Positions 27,968 to 36,956 of a stretch of DNA of 64,000 nt are shown here, piece by piece (positions within the stretch are counted from its first letter, which is position 1; each line of letters opens with the position of its first letter). The stretch covers positions 1 through 64,000 of the IMG/VR virus record IMGVR_UViG_3300021256_000006. One strand, 5' to 3'. The notes beneath the pieces were generated by a model. It was not told the origin of the DNA, ran no database searches, and worked only from the letters and a program-made list of their open reading frames with translations. This DNA is from a virus. A program made the position numbers and the translations under genes.

Positions 27968-28657
27968 ATGGCAAACTTCACAATTGAAAAACTTCCAGCC
28001 GACCAAGGCATGCGCCTGGTTCTCGACATGATTAAAAAGAAGTATATAGCCGAACAGATGGAAGGCGGCAATAGTTCATGTCAAACTCTACTGGGCATTG
28101 GAATTTCACACGCGCTTTACAACGGCAAGCCTTACTACTACTCTTCTCGGATGGTCGCAAACATCCAAAAAGCCGTTACTGAGGTTGGCGCTATGCTTAT
28201 GCAGGTTCAGATTATTCAAGGCCCACAAGACGTGCAGGAATACCCTTTGTGTTACGGTGAGGACATGGTAAGCAAGTTTAAAGTGTTGGGTAAGGTGATA
28301 AAACTTCCTTATCTGTTTGTCAACGTGTTAGGCAAAACAGAACGGTGGCAAAAGATGCACTTGGCAGACAAGAAAGAGGTCAGGTATTACAACCAGTTCA
28401 CAGACGATGAACTATCTATGATTAACGATGGCATTCGCTCCATTGCGCTGAAACTGTGCAGCATCCAACTGCAGTATCAAGACCCATGCGCAGAGAGTGC
28501 CCATACATCCATTTCGGATTCTTCTGATAGCGAGCCTTCCCTTGCCGTTAATGATACATCCGCTGATAGCGAGCTTTCCCTTGCCGTTAATGATACATCC
28601 GCTGATAGCGAGCCTTCTCTTCTTGACGATGAGATAGCCGCTGGCATTTACGGTTAG
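27968..28657 (+). CDS. hypothetical protein with C-terminal 13-aa tandem repeats
   Basis: ATG at 27968 (MANFTIEKL). A 39-nt in-frame repeat (ADSEPSLAVNDTS) occurs about 2.5 times at roughly 28523-28625. Confidence 0.55.
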   Translation: MANFTIEKLPADQGMRLVLDMIKKKYIAEQMEGGNSSCQTLLGIGISHALYNGKPYYYSSRMVANIQKAVTEVGAMLMQVQIIQGPQDVQEYPLCYGEDMVSKFKVLGKVIKLPYLFVNVLGKTERWQKMHLADKKEVRYYNQFTDDELSMINDGIRSIALKLCSIQLQYQDPCAESAHTSISDSSDSEPSLAVNDTSADSELSLAVNDTSADSEPSLLDDEIAAGIYG

Positions 28658-28687
28658 CAAATGCACTCCTGCATTTGTCTCAATTGA

Positions 28688-28735
28688 GTACAAGACCAGT
28701 CCTTTGTATCAGGGACTGGTCTTGTACTTTTCTTT
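28688..28735 (+). terminator. intrinsic terminator
   Basis: 15-bp stem GTACAAGACCAGTCC/GGACTGGTCTTGTAC followed by TTTTCTTT. Confidence 0.75.
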
Positions 28736-28993
28736 GGTCAGCCGTTGTGTGGAAGCGTTTGGTTTGCCGGATTTGTAGTTTCAATCCGCATCTATAAATG
28801 TTAAAACGTTTATTTGATATGTTAAATAATTAACAATTCAAAAAAGCGTTTAACATTTCGTTTAAGTTGTGTTTAACTGTTTTTATGCAATGTGCACGCA
28901 CACATAACAAAAAGAAAAGCAAATAAATGTACAGATTTCCAAAAGAATAACTACAAATAATTAGCGATTTTTGTTATTTGTATATAACGTGTG

Positions 28994-29008
28994 CGCACAA
29001 TTTGTGCG
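28994..29008. promoter_or_regulatory. 15-bp palindrome CGCACAATTTGTGCG (copy 2)
   Basis: Direct reading. Confidence 0.6.
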
Positions 29009-29012
29009 TGTG

Positions 29013-29069
29013 TATTTAGTTGGCAAATTCATAATTTCAGTATGAAATTATGAATTTGCCAACTAAATA
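29013..29069. repeat. 27-bp perfect inverted repeat with 3-nt centre
   Basis: I paired 29013-29039 against 29043-69 base by base. All 27 positions are complementary and the stem is AT-rich. Confidence 0.9.
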
Positions 29070-29206
29070 TCTTATGTGTGTGTTTTTGCGTGCGATTTCT
29101 TTTTGAATCATCGGCTATTCTTTTCCCCGAGCGCCGCCCCACTCGGGAGGATGGGCGCGTCTTGCGTACATTTCACCACAGACCATATATGCTGCACCCG
29201 TTCAGA

Positions 29207-29364
29207 GTGACGAGGTAGTGACAAGATGGTGACGAGGTAGTGACGAGGTAGTGACAAGGTAGTGACAAGATGGTGACAAGGTAGTGACAAGATGGTGACA
29301 AGATGGTGACGAGGTAGTGACAAGATGGTGACGAGGTAGTGACAAGATGGTGACAAGATGGTGA
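29207..29364 (+). repeat. 11-bp tandem array (14 x RTRGTGACRAG)
   Basis: GTGAC cores at 29207, 29218, 29229 and so on to 29350, at exact 11-nt spacing, plus one degenerate unit. Confidence 0.9.
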
Positions 29365-29403
29365 AAACAGCCACCAGTTCCCCTCGCGTGCGTACATATT
29401 TTA

Positions 29404-29418
29404 CGCACAAATTGTGCG
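29404..29418. promoter_or_regulatory. 15-bp palindrome CGCACAAATTGTGCG (copy 3)
   Basis: Direct reading. Confidence 0.6.
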
Positions 29419-29505
29419 AGAATGCCCTAAATTGACCTAAATCAAGAAAAATGAAAAAAATACGAAAAAAGTACGGAAAAAATTTTGTAATACGAAAAGT
29501 GTCCG

Positions 29506-29513
29506 TAAATTTG
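29506..29513 (+). promoter_or_regulatory. Bacteroidota -7 box TAaaTTTG
   Basis: Context GTCCGTAAATTTGC. It opens a roughly 750-nt A-rich untranslated stretch before the ATG at 30271. Confidence 0.4.
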
Positions 29514-30270
29514 CAACGAAATCAAAAAACAAACAGCCGCTTACATCGAAAAGCAAAACGGAACAAAACCGAAAATAATACGTTCTTTGAAAATTTAGAC
29601 CACACTCCACAACTTGCAAATTTTTTCAGGTACAGACACCTGAACAAATTCGCAAACAAGGGAAAAAAACAAAATGACTTAAGAGTGAACAAAAACGCAC
29701 TTTTTGCAGTTGTTAATTGATGTTTTGAAAAATTCACACGTTTTTCAATTTGGGATAAGACACAAAGCAACAAAGCAGCGGGCCTTTCGGGTCAATCAGG
29801 GAAACTAATAAAACGAAATGTTTTTGTTTCTTTGCATTCAGCGAGTAACCGCCAACCAAAGCGGAACGGAGGACACTCCAGGCGTTCACCTCTGAAAATC
29901 TTTTGTTTGGTGTGCATCTGCAAAACTGATGCAAAAACGCTTTGCTGGTAGGCGTTCCATTTTTGGAGAATGTACCGAAAGAAAACCTGATTGCATTTTC
30001 TCAATCAGGGAAAAAAGTCGCCGTAATTCTTAACATGAATTTGTGAAAGATAGCGACACGCAGAAAGCAAGGTTTTTTTTGTAAGTGTGAAACGCAAAAA
30101 AAACCAACCTGAAAGCATGAAAAAAACGAATGAAACGAACTAACAAACAAAGAAACATAAAACGAAAAGTGCTTTTTACTTTTTGTTTTGGGTGCTGGAA
30201 CGTAGCGAATATTTCCAGCACTCGCAAATTTATAGTTAACATATTTATTCACTTTCAAAAATTTAGTATT

Positions 30271-30780
30271 ATGGCAAAGAAAGAAAAAAGTGCAAAAGTT
30301 ATTGCAGTTAGCAACCTTATTGCAGCAAACAAAGAAACTAAAACTTTATCCGGAGTTATTAAGTTGGTGCAAAAGTTTTGGAGTGCTGGCTATCGTGAAG
30401 CGTTCCAGTATGTAGGTATTAACAAAATGAATGACATAAATTTTGAACTTATTGCAAAGGGTCTTCATTCCTCTTGCTATCTATCTGGCAAAGCTGCACA
30501 CGATGTTAAGGTAGCCAAAAAGGATGCAAAAGGAAACTTTATCATGACATCCAAGAACGGCAAAGAGTGCAGAGAGTATGAGAAGGTGCGCAAGGTTATT
30601 GACAAGTGGACACCACGCATTTTATTTGACTTATTGTTAGAGTCGAAAGAGGCAAAAGAGGCCGCTATTACTGTTGCCGCACCTACTGGCAAGGCAAAAC
30701 CTCAGACGTCTGCACCAAAGGGCAAGGCTAAGCCTACGGCAAAGAAGGGTGACACGAAGAATGGTGCAAAGGCCGCTTAA
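30271..30780 (+). CDS. hypothetical protein with Lys/Ala/Pro-rich histone-H1-like tail
   Basis: ATG at 30271 (MAKKEKSAKV). C-terminus is PTGKAKPQTSAPKGKAKPTAKKGDTKNGAKAA. Confidence 0.55.
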   Translation: MAKKEKSAKVIAVSNLIAANKETKTLSGVIKLVQKFWSAGYREAFQYVGINKMNDINFELIAKGLHSSCYLSGKAAHDVKVAKKDAKGNFIMTSKNGKECREYEKVRKVIDKWTPRILFDLLLESKEAKEAAITVAAPTGKAKPQTSAPKGKAKPTAKKGDTKNGAKAA

Positions 30781-30837
30781 CTATCTATTCACTCGACCAT
30801 GCGAGTATAAAGAGGCATTAGGCATGGTGCGTTATTA

Positions 30838-30861
30838 GGGTGCGGACATCCGCACCCTTTT
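30838..30861 (+). terminator. intrinsic terminator
   Basis: GGGTGCGG-acat-CCGCACCC-TTTT. Confidence 0.75.
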
Positions 30862-30899
30862 AGGTTGCAATTATTCACTAAATTATAGGAGGACTAACT

Positions 30900-31184
30900 A
30901 TGACAGCTTTATGGATTCTTCAAGCGCTATCAGATTGTGGGATTGGTGTGGACAAATGGGGAGTTATCCCCATGGGTAAAGACTACCCATTTGCGGAAAT
31001 GTTTGGCGGAAAGCCTTTTGGCGAGTTCAAGCCTGGGCGCTATGTGTATGTGAACGCTGCGCATATCAGCGATGAAGCATTTGCGCTTCTGACCAATGCA
31101 GCAGACCATACGATATTTGGCATTGACCCAGAAGGGAAAGAGCAAATTTCAATCTTAATCCAAATAGAGGAGGACAAAAAATGA
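30900..31184 (+). CDS. hypothetical protein
   Basis: 94-aa ORF preceded by TAGGAGGACTAACT. Confidence 0.6.
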   Translation: MTALWILQALSDCGIGVDKWGVIPMGKDYPFAEMFGGKPFGEFKPGRYVYVNAAHISDEAFALLTNAADHTIFGIDPEGKEQISILIQIEEDKK

Positions 31185-31408
31185 AAAAAATTATCAACAT
31201 CCTATCGTGGGCGTCATGTGGAATTATCTGCGCCTGCGTCATCATTGGCTCTATGTATGTCGGAGCCTTGGTGTGCAACTATCTCCATGACCATGTGCCA
31301 TTCTTTCAGGGTACTTGGACGTGCCTGTGCCTTGCTCCTATACTCCTTGTAACGGCATTCTCCGTGGAATTCTTTATCCTGTTAGGTCTAAAAAAGTTTC
31401 AATCTTAA
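31181..31408 (+). CDS. small membrane protein
   Basis: 75 aa with two hydrophobic helices. ATGA overlap with the upstream gene. Preceded by GAGGAGGAC. Confidence 0.55.
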   Translation: MKKIINILSWASCGIICACVIIGSMYVGALVCNYLHDHVPFFQGTWTCLCLAPILLVTAFSVEFFILLGLKKFQS

Positions 31409-31419
31409 AATCATTAACT

Positions 31420-31683
31420 ATGTCAGAGGAAATTATCGCACAAATTCGGATTAACTTCAATATGGGGTTAATCACTTACAAGGACTTCTGCCATCAGATT
31501 GCAGAAGTTCTTGGGCACAAGGTGCTATGCACTATCATCGGTCTTATCCCCTCGTGGGTCTTTGATACGATATGGACTGTGAAGATGGTAGCATGGGCTA
31601 TCATCAAGCCCGCTATAACTATTGCAGTCATCGTATTAGGAACCTTTAGCTTTTGGCTACTCATGTACTTCATAGCCGGTTAA
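31420..31683 (+). CDS. small membrane protein
   Basis: ATG at 31420 (MSEEIIAQIR). C-terminal hydrophobic helices. Confidence 0.5.
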   Translation: MSEEIIAQIRINFNMGLITYKDFCHQIAEVLGHKVLCTIIGLIPSWVFDTIWTVKMVAWAIIKPAITIAVIVLGTFSFWLLMYFIAG

Positions 31684-31713
31684 TTCATCATCATCATCAA
31701 AATCATCATCAAC

Positions 31714-31998
31714 ATGGAAACAATCAAGAAAAGCGTGAGCCGCCCACGCATCAAGGCGGTGCGAGTAAATCCATCAGAGTACGCAGCAATCGGCAGGGAC
31801 TACAAGCCCCAACCACGCATCTATGTGCGCAACACGAAGCCCAACCGCATGAAGGCAATCATGGTGGCTGCATCATTCGCTACCATGTTTGGCTTCTTCG
31901 ACCAAGGAGGCTATGACTATATGGGTGCCAAGTGGTGCTCCGAGGTGTTCCAAATCAGCCGTTTCTATCAGGATGGCAATGCACCTATCAGAGCATAA
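31714..31998 (+). CDS. hypothetical protein
   Basis: 94-aa ORF. Confidence 0.5.
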   Translation: METIKKSVSRPRIKAVRVNPSEYAAIGRDYKPQPRIYVRNTKPNRMKAIMVAASFATMFGFFDQGGYDYMGAKWCSEVFQISRFYQDGNAPIRA

Positions 31999-32054
31999 CA
32001 TTCCATTCCTCATTCCTCATTCCTAATCCCAAATTCAATTAAATTTTTACGACT

Positions 32055-33017
32055 ATGACACAAGAAGAAATTATCCGCATCGCAACACAGGCAGCTATTG
32101 CCGCAGTAAAAGCAATGGGCACAACAGCGCCACAAGTGAATAACTCTGCATCATCAAGGAGCGACAAGCCAAAGGCGCTCCCTGATGCAAAGGCGAATGC
32201 CATTGGAAGCATCGTGGCAGAAGCCGCTACGGAAGCCGCCAAAAATGGCAAGAGAGTAGAGGCGCCCAAGGGCACCGCTATATTCATGGAGTATAGCGAG
32301 AAACAGTTTGCCCTATGGGGTGACACGAAGGAAGTCCGCAATACGCTCAAAGAGTATGGAGCGAAAAAATGGGGCATCATCTGGGGGTTCATCCCCGATG
32401 GCTGCAAAGAGGAAAACAAGGCCGAAGGCTGGTTCTTCCCCAAGAAAAACCTCGAAGAACACGGTGGAAAGACTGCACTCTTCAAGGCACTCAAAGCTCT
32501 CGGAGTAAAAGTTACAGAGGGCGCAAGCCTAAAGGAGAAGACGGAGGCACACCGTGCCGCCATCGCCAAGGATAAGGCAGAGGAAGCTCCCAAGTCTGCT
32601 CCCAAGACAAAGGATAGCAAACCAAAGGAGAGCAAGCCCAAGACAGAGCCAAAGCCAAAGGTCATCCCTATCAGGGTTGACGAGTATGAAGGCATCGCCA
32701 TTGGAACGAAGAAACAAGAGAGTGGTGTCACATTCCAAGCCTATCCCGATGAGCCAGATGTGTTCTTCCGTGAGGACAAAATCTACCTCTGTATTGGGGA
32801 GATAGGCGGGGAAAGCGCATTCCTCTTTGTCGGCAAGAAGGTTGATGGAGCGGTACCACCGCATATCAGACAGACTGCCGAGGACGGCATCCTCGTCGCA
32901 ATCTCGAAGGGGATTGTCACCAAGGTTCATCAGTATATTATTGACGCATTCAAGGCTCTCGACGACAAATCCGGTTACAACTGGCTCGTCAAAGAGGGCT
33001 ATGTGAAAGCAGCGTGA
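32055..33017 (+). CDS. hypothetical protein with Lys-rich central linker
   Basis: 320-aa ORF. The antisense 230-aa ORF is judged to be a shadow. Confidence 0.6.
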   Translation: MTQEEIIRIATQAAIAAVKAMGTTAPQVNNSASSRSDKPKALPDAKANAIGSIVAEAATEAAKNGKRVEAPKGTAIFMEYSEKQFALWGDTKEVRNTLKEYGAKKWGIIWGFIPDGCKEENKAEGWFFPKKNLEEHGGKTALFKALKALGVKVTEGASLKEKTEAHRAAIAKDKAEEAPKSAPKTKDSKPKESKPKTEPKPKVIPIRVDEYEGIAIGTKKQESGVTFQAYPDEPDVFFREDKIYLCIGEIGGESAFLFVGKKVDGAVPPHIRQTAEDGILVAISKGIVTKVHQYIIDAFKALDDKSGYNWLVKEGYVKAA

Positions 33018-33022
33018 AACTA

Positions 33023-33130
33023 AATGAGGAGTTAGGAATTAGGAATTAGGAATTGATACCATGCCATCAGCATAACATTCCATTCCTCATTCCTCATTCC
33101 AAATTCCTAATTGTATCAACTCCTAATTCT
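33023..33130. repeat. palindromic heptamer element (AGGAATT arm / core / ATTCCTN arm)
   Basis: GAGGAGTTAGGAATTAGGAATTAGGAATTGATACC - core ATGCCATCAGCATAAC - ATTCCATTCCTCATTCCTCATTCC... Confidence 0.8.
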
Positions 33131-33140
33131 TTCAACGATT

Positions 33141-34178
33141 ATGGCTAAAAAGAAAAAACAATTTATCTCCGATTATAGCGCAAAGCGCATCGGAGACCTC
33201 ATAGAGGAAGTATTGAATAATGCGGAAAAGGTGCGGTGGCAAAAGCCGTGGCTTGATGTGGCAAGTGTGGAAACGCCTTGCCGCAACATTGATAGACCAG
33301 ACCCTTATCAAGGGGTTAATGCCGGACTCCTTCAGCTCGTAATGAGCGTGAAAGGCTACCGCACTCCATTGTTTGTGACTGGGGATAAAGCTCGTGACAT
33401 GGGGCTTTCTATCAAGAAGCAAGACAATGGCGACCGAGAGGAAGCATGGCCCGTGTTCAAGTGGCTCCATCTTATCTACGACAAAGATGGCAACCGCATC
33501 ACCTACGAGCAGTATTGCGACCTCGACGAAGAAGAGCAGCAGCAATGCCGAGAGCGTTGGTCACTCCGTGGCTATCTCGTCTATAACATTGACCAGACCA
33601 CTATGAAGGAAGATCTGCCAAACACTTATGCTAAATTCCTGGCCCTCTATCCTGAGGAAAAGGAGGTGCGCACCATGAAGGCAGAGGAAGACACCGTTGA
33701 CGAGGCATTGGACTATGTGCTTTCCACAGAGGGTGCATGGAGATGCCCAATTCATCATTCAATTAGCCACAAGGCTTATTATTCACCTGCCGAGGATGGC
33801 ATTCACCTCCCAATGAGGGAGCAGTTCAAGACAAACTCCGCTTATTATGGCGTGGCGCTTCATGAGATGGCGCACAGCACCAAGGGCGAGAAGAACATGA
33901 AGCGTGACTATGGGAGCAAAGGTTTTGGCTCCGAGGGCTATGCCCTTGAGGAATTGGTGGCAGAGTTCACTTCCGCATTCGTCGGACTTGACCGAGGTCA
34001 CACAAAGACTATCGACCAAGAGCACATCGCCTATGTGCAGAGTTGGCGCAAAGCCATCAAGAAGCACGATGTGGTAAGTACCATTGTTGACGACCTGATG
34101 AAAGCCGTCAATTACGAGATACGCATACTCCGAGAGACAGATACGATGCTTGCCGCTCCAAGCGCAGAGGCAGCATGA
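33141..34178 (+). CDS. ardC: ArdC-like antirestriction protein (ssDNA-binding N-domain plus zincin protease domain)
   Basis: HExxH motif LHEMAHST. Overall layout and length are typical of ArdC/DUF1738 proteins. Confidence 0.75.
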   Translation: MAKKKKQFISDYSAKRIGDLIEEVLNNAEKVRWQKPWLDVASVETPCRNIDRPDPYQGVNAGLLQLVMSVKGYRTPLFVTGDKARDMGLSIKKQDNGDREEAWPVFKWLHLIYDKDGNRITYEQYCDLDEEEQQQCRERWSLRGYLVYNIDQTTMKEDLPNTYAKFLALYPEEKEVRTMKAEEDTVDEALDYVLSTEGAWRCPIHHSISHKAYYSPAEDGIHLPMREQFKTNSAYYGVALHEMAHSTKGEKNMKRDYGSKGFGSEGYALEELVAEFTSAFVGLDRGHTKTIDQEHIAYVQSWRKAIKKHDVVSTIVDDLMKAVNYEIRILRETDTMLAAPSAEAA

Positions 34179-34181
34179 TGC

Positions 34182-34300
34182 GGAGTTAGGAATTAGGAGT
34201 TAGGAATTAGGAATGAAATGTCATACCATTGGCAGAGTATCAATTCCTCATTCCTCATTCCTCATTCCTAATTCTATCAACATTCCTCATTCCTAATTCT
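34182..34300. repeat. palindromic heptamer element
   Basis: GGAGTTAGGAATTAGGAGTTAGGAATTAGGAATG - core - ATTCCTCATTCCTCATTCCTCATTCCTAATTC. Confidence 0.8.
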
Positions 34301-34309
34301 TAAACAACT

Positions 34310-34816
34310 ATGGCAAATCTTATGAACGGCACACTCTCTGCCATACTCAAGCAATCGCTTGACGAGAGAGCAAAAACGGATGCAGACTTTGCATCCAAGT
34401 ATAAAACAAAAAAAATCGAAGACTGCGTGTCTGCCATCTATGCTGCATTGGAAAGCATGGCAAGGAAAGCGGTCAGCGGTTCTGGTGGTGCTGCCGCCTG
34501 TGGTAGTGACGACCTGCTTGTCTCTGCCGCTGTCCATTGGTATGATGAGGAAAAACCCACGACCGAAAGCGTCGTGGCAATCCTCGAAGGTGGTACGGAA
34601 ATCATCAAGCAGAACAAACCGACGAAGCAAGCCAAGACTGCCGACGCCAAACCAACCGCAAAGCCCGCACCAACTGCCAAGCCAGCCGCAAAGCCAGCAC
34701 CGACACCAAAGCCAACTCCCAAGCCGATTCCGAAGATGGAGATTGTCAAGCCATCTGCAGCACCTATGACAGACGATGATGACGATGACGACGATGACAT
34801 TGATTTGTTCAGCTAA
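34310..34816 (+). CDS. hypothetical protein (possibly PcfK-like) with P/A/K linker and acidic tip
   Basis: The C-terminus DDDDDDDDDIDLFS resembles SSB-type interaction tips. The PcfK call comes from memory of gene neighbourhoods only. Confidence 0.5.
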   Translation: MANLMNGTLSAILKQSLDERAKTDADFASKYKTKKIEDCVSAIYAALESMARKAVSGSGGAAACGSDDLLVSAAVHWYDEEKPTTESVVAILEGGTEIIKQNKPTKQAKTADAKPTAKPAPTAKPAAKPAPTPKPTPKPIPKMEIVKPSAAPMTDDDDDDDDDIDLFS

Positions 34817-34884
34817 TCGTCAGGGTAGGGGGACGCAGAGAATATTCCCCCTATCCACCAAGTATTATAAAAAATAGGAGGACT

Positions 34885-35067
34885 ATGGACAAGATTTGTA
34901 AAGGATGCCACTACAATCGTGGTTATTGGTGCAACCGATTGGTTATTCCTGGAGGAATGGGAATGCACGACAGAGTTGCAAGTGATTATCTGAAAGACAA
35001 TAAATGCAATTATTTCGAGGCAGGTCATTCAGAACCAACAACCAAACCTAATTTTGAAAATTCATAA
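34885..35067 (+). CDS. small Cys-rich protein
   Basis: 60 aa with CKGCHYNRGYWC. Preceded by TAGGAGGACT. Confidence 0.45.
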   Translation: MDKICKGCHYNRGYWCNRLVIPGGMGMHDRVASDYLKDNKCNYFEAGHSEPTTKPNFENS

Positions 35068-35082
35068 TTGGAGGACAAAACT

Positions 35083-36441
35083 ATGACGGAAATCGAACAC
35101 ATCAACGCATTGTTGGAGAAAAACACTCCGACATTTGGCGAAAGCGATATGATGGGTATCGCTTGTGACATTGAAGCAGATTTGGATTGGAACTATTATC
35201 CGGATAATGACGCAGAGGTGGCCATTGCCACTCATGCAGACGACTATCAAATAATAACCAACCATGTCATGTATATGTTACAGAAAGTCCACTGGAAAGA
35301 CCTTGACGGTGTGGAGCATGATGGAGAATATGACGAATGGGAAGACTATTATAGCTCGCTTAGTGATGTTGAGCGAGATAATTACGACAACGGATACGAT
35401 GACTTGTTCGATTATTATATGAAAGTCGAAGACGAGGGGGCGTATCGTCAATATTGGTACAATGTCAAGACTGGTGCTTGCTTTGTTCGTGACAGGCTTC
35501 TCGATCATCCAAAATATGGTACTATCAATAATGTCGAAGGAGAGTGGACGCCTCTGAAGGCTATCAAGCCATGCGAGGCGATAGATGAAGCCTATTACAA
35601 GGTTGATTTCAGCATCCATCCTCTTCTCGAAGAGAGAGGCTATGAATGTTTTTCCGCTCAGGAATACAACGATGCCACCGACCCAACAAACGACCATATC
35701 ATTGAGAATCGGATGCAGTTCTTCGATGGCATGAGAACAAATCCACAGTTGTGTTCGGTCATCCGTTACGGAGGATTGAAGATGCTTGGGCTTGTGTCTG
35801 GCGAACACCGTGAGCAATACATTACTGCCGTTAAGATTGCCAACCGACATCGCTATATGCCAGCCGACAAAGGAATGTGGATGGATTACCTTCACGACCT
35901 CATCGAATTGGGCAAAGACCTTCACAATCCATTTTATGTATGCCCCGAAGATTTGAGGGCTGCACATGAGAAATACCACCGCCTCTATGTTAGAGAAATG
36001 GAGAAGAGAGAAAAGGAAAGACGATTGCAGGAACTTATTGCCCGTTCCAAGCCCTATGCACAACGCATTGCTCCATTCCTTTCTCTTGCCTGGCACACCG
36101 ACCAGTATGCCGTGTTTGTCTGCCCATCGGTGGAAGATATGGTGGAGGAAGGACAGAAGATGCACCACTGCGTAGGCATTATGGGCTACGACAAGAAGCC
36201 CGACTCCCTCATCCTCTTCTGCCGCACTCCACAAGGAGAGCGTATCAGCACGATTGAGTACAGCATCAGTCGTGGCAAGGTGTTGCAAAACCGAGCCGCC
36301 TGCAACAAAGTTCCCCTCTATCTTGACGAGGTGAACAAGATGCTTGAAAAGGATGCAGAGCGCATCAGGTCTTGCAAACTTATCAGCATCAACAAAAACA
36401 AAGTTCAACCAGCAGCCGAGGCAATCGCCTTGGCTGCATAA
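35083..36441 (+). CDS. hypothetical protein, possibly PcfJ-like
   Basis: ATG at 35083 after TTGGAGGAC. The MHHCVGIMGY region resembles PcfJ-like proteins of conjugative elements. Confidence 0.55.
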   Translation: MTEIEHINALLEKNTPTFGESDMMGIACDIEADLDWNYYPDNDAEVAIATHADDYQIITNHVMYMLQKVHWKDLDGVEHDGEYDEWEDYYSSLSDVERDNYDNGYDDLFDYYMKVEDEGAYRQYWYNVKTGACFVRDRLLDHPKYGTINNVEGEWTPLKAIKPCEAIDEAYYKVDFSIHPLLEERGYECFSAQEYNDATDPTNDHIIENRMQFFDGMRTNPQLCSVIRYGGLKMLGLVSGEHREQYITAVKIANRHRYMPADKGMWMDYLHDLIELGKDLHNPFYVCPEDLRAAHEKYHRLYVREMEKREKERRLQELIARSKPYAQRIAPFLSLAWHTDQYAVFVCPSVEDMVEEGQKMHHCVGIMGYDKKPDSLILFCRTPQGERISTIEYSISRGKVLQNRAACNKVPLYLDEVNKMLEKDAERIRSCKLISINKNKVQPAAEAIALAA

Positions 36442-36452
36442 TACTACGAATT

Positions 36453-36944
36453 ATGGCACACAGCAAAATTTTTCAAGTTAGCGAAGCTCCTATCGACAAG
36501 GACGACTTCAAAAGCTCGTATGATTATTGCGATAACCATCAAGAATTTGCCGACTGGATTGGCGATAACGTGGAAGATGAAGTAGAACGAAAAAAGTATA
36601 TTGAGTATCTCGTCAAAGAATTGGATGGCACATTCTCCATGGGTGAGAATGACACATTGGTGTTCAATGGTAAAAAGCCGCTCAACAAATTCTTGGAGGC
36701 ATGGGCAAACAAACTACAAGAACTTGCTAAAAGCATAACGAAAGATACAATCACAAGCAGCTCTGCCCTTAGCGACCTTCGCCATGTGGCAAGCGACACT
36801 CACAAGAACTCCGACTATAGATTTGACATTGAGAGCTGGACGGGTTATGCCGCACCTCTCTGCGAATTTATTGACTTTATATCAAATAGGTTAAAGAAAG
36901 GCGACAAAGTTTACATCGGAGCAATTATTGATTTTCACTATTAA
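36453..36944 (+). CDS. hypothetical protein
   Basis: ATG at 36453 (MAHSKIFQV). Confidence 0.55.
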   Translation: MAHSKIFQVSEAPIDKDDFKSSYDYCDNHQEFADWIGDNVEDEVERKKYIEYLVKELDGTFSMGENDTLVFNGKKPLNKFLEAWANKLQELAKSITKDTITSSSALSDLRHVASDTHKNSDYRFDIESWTGYAAPLCEFIDFISNRLKKGDKVYIGAIIDFHY

Positions 36945-36956
36945 AAAACAACAACT

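Noticed and set aside
29013-29069. A protelomerase (telRL-type) target palindrome implying a linear plasmid prophage.
   Set aside because: The dyad has an unpaired 3-nt centre rather than continuous symmetry, and no protelomerase-like gene is visible in this window. It is left as one testable option only.
29108-29410. Three overlapping minus-strand ORFs (HHLVTILSLPR-type peptides).
   Set aside because: All three frames are simply translations of the 11-bp tandem array. With an 11-nt period every frame stays open.
29451-29720. An 89-aa extremely basic ORF (MKKIRKKYGKNF...).
   Set aside because: It is a product of the A-rich low-complexity sequence. Its start lies upstream of the only promoter box (29506-29513). 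It is kept as part of the A-rich non-coding finding.
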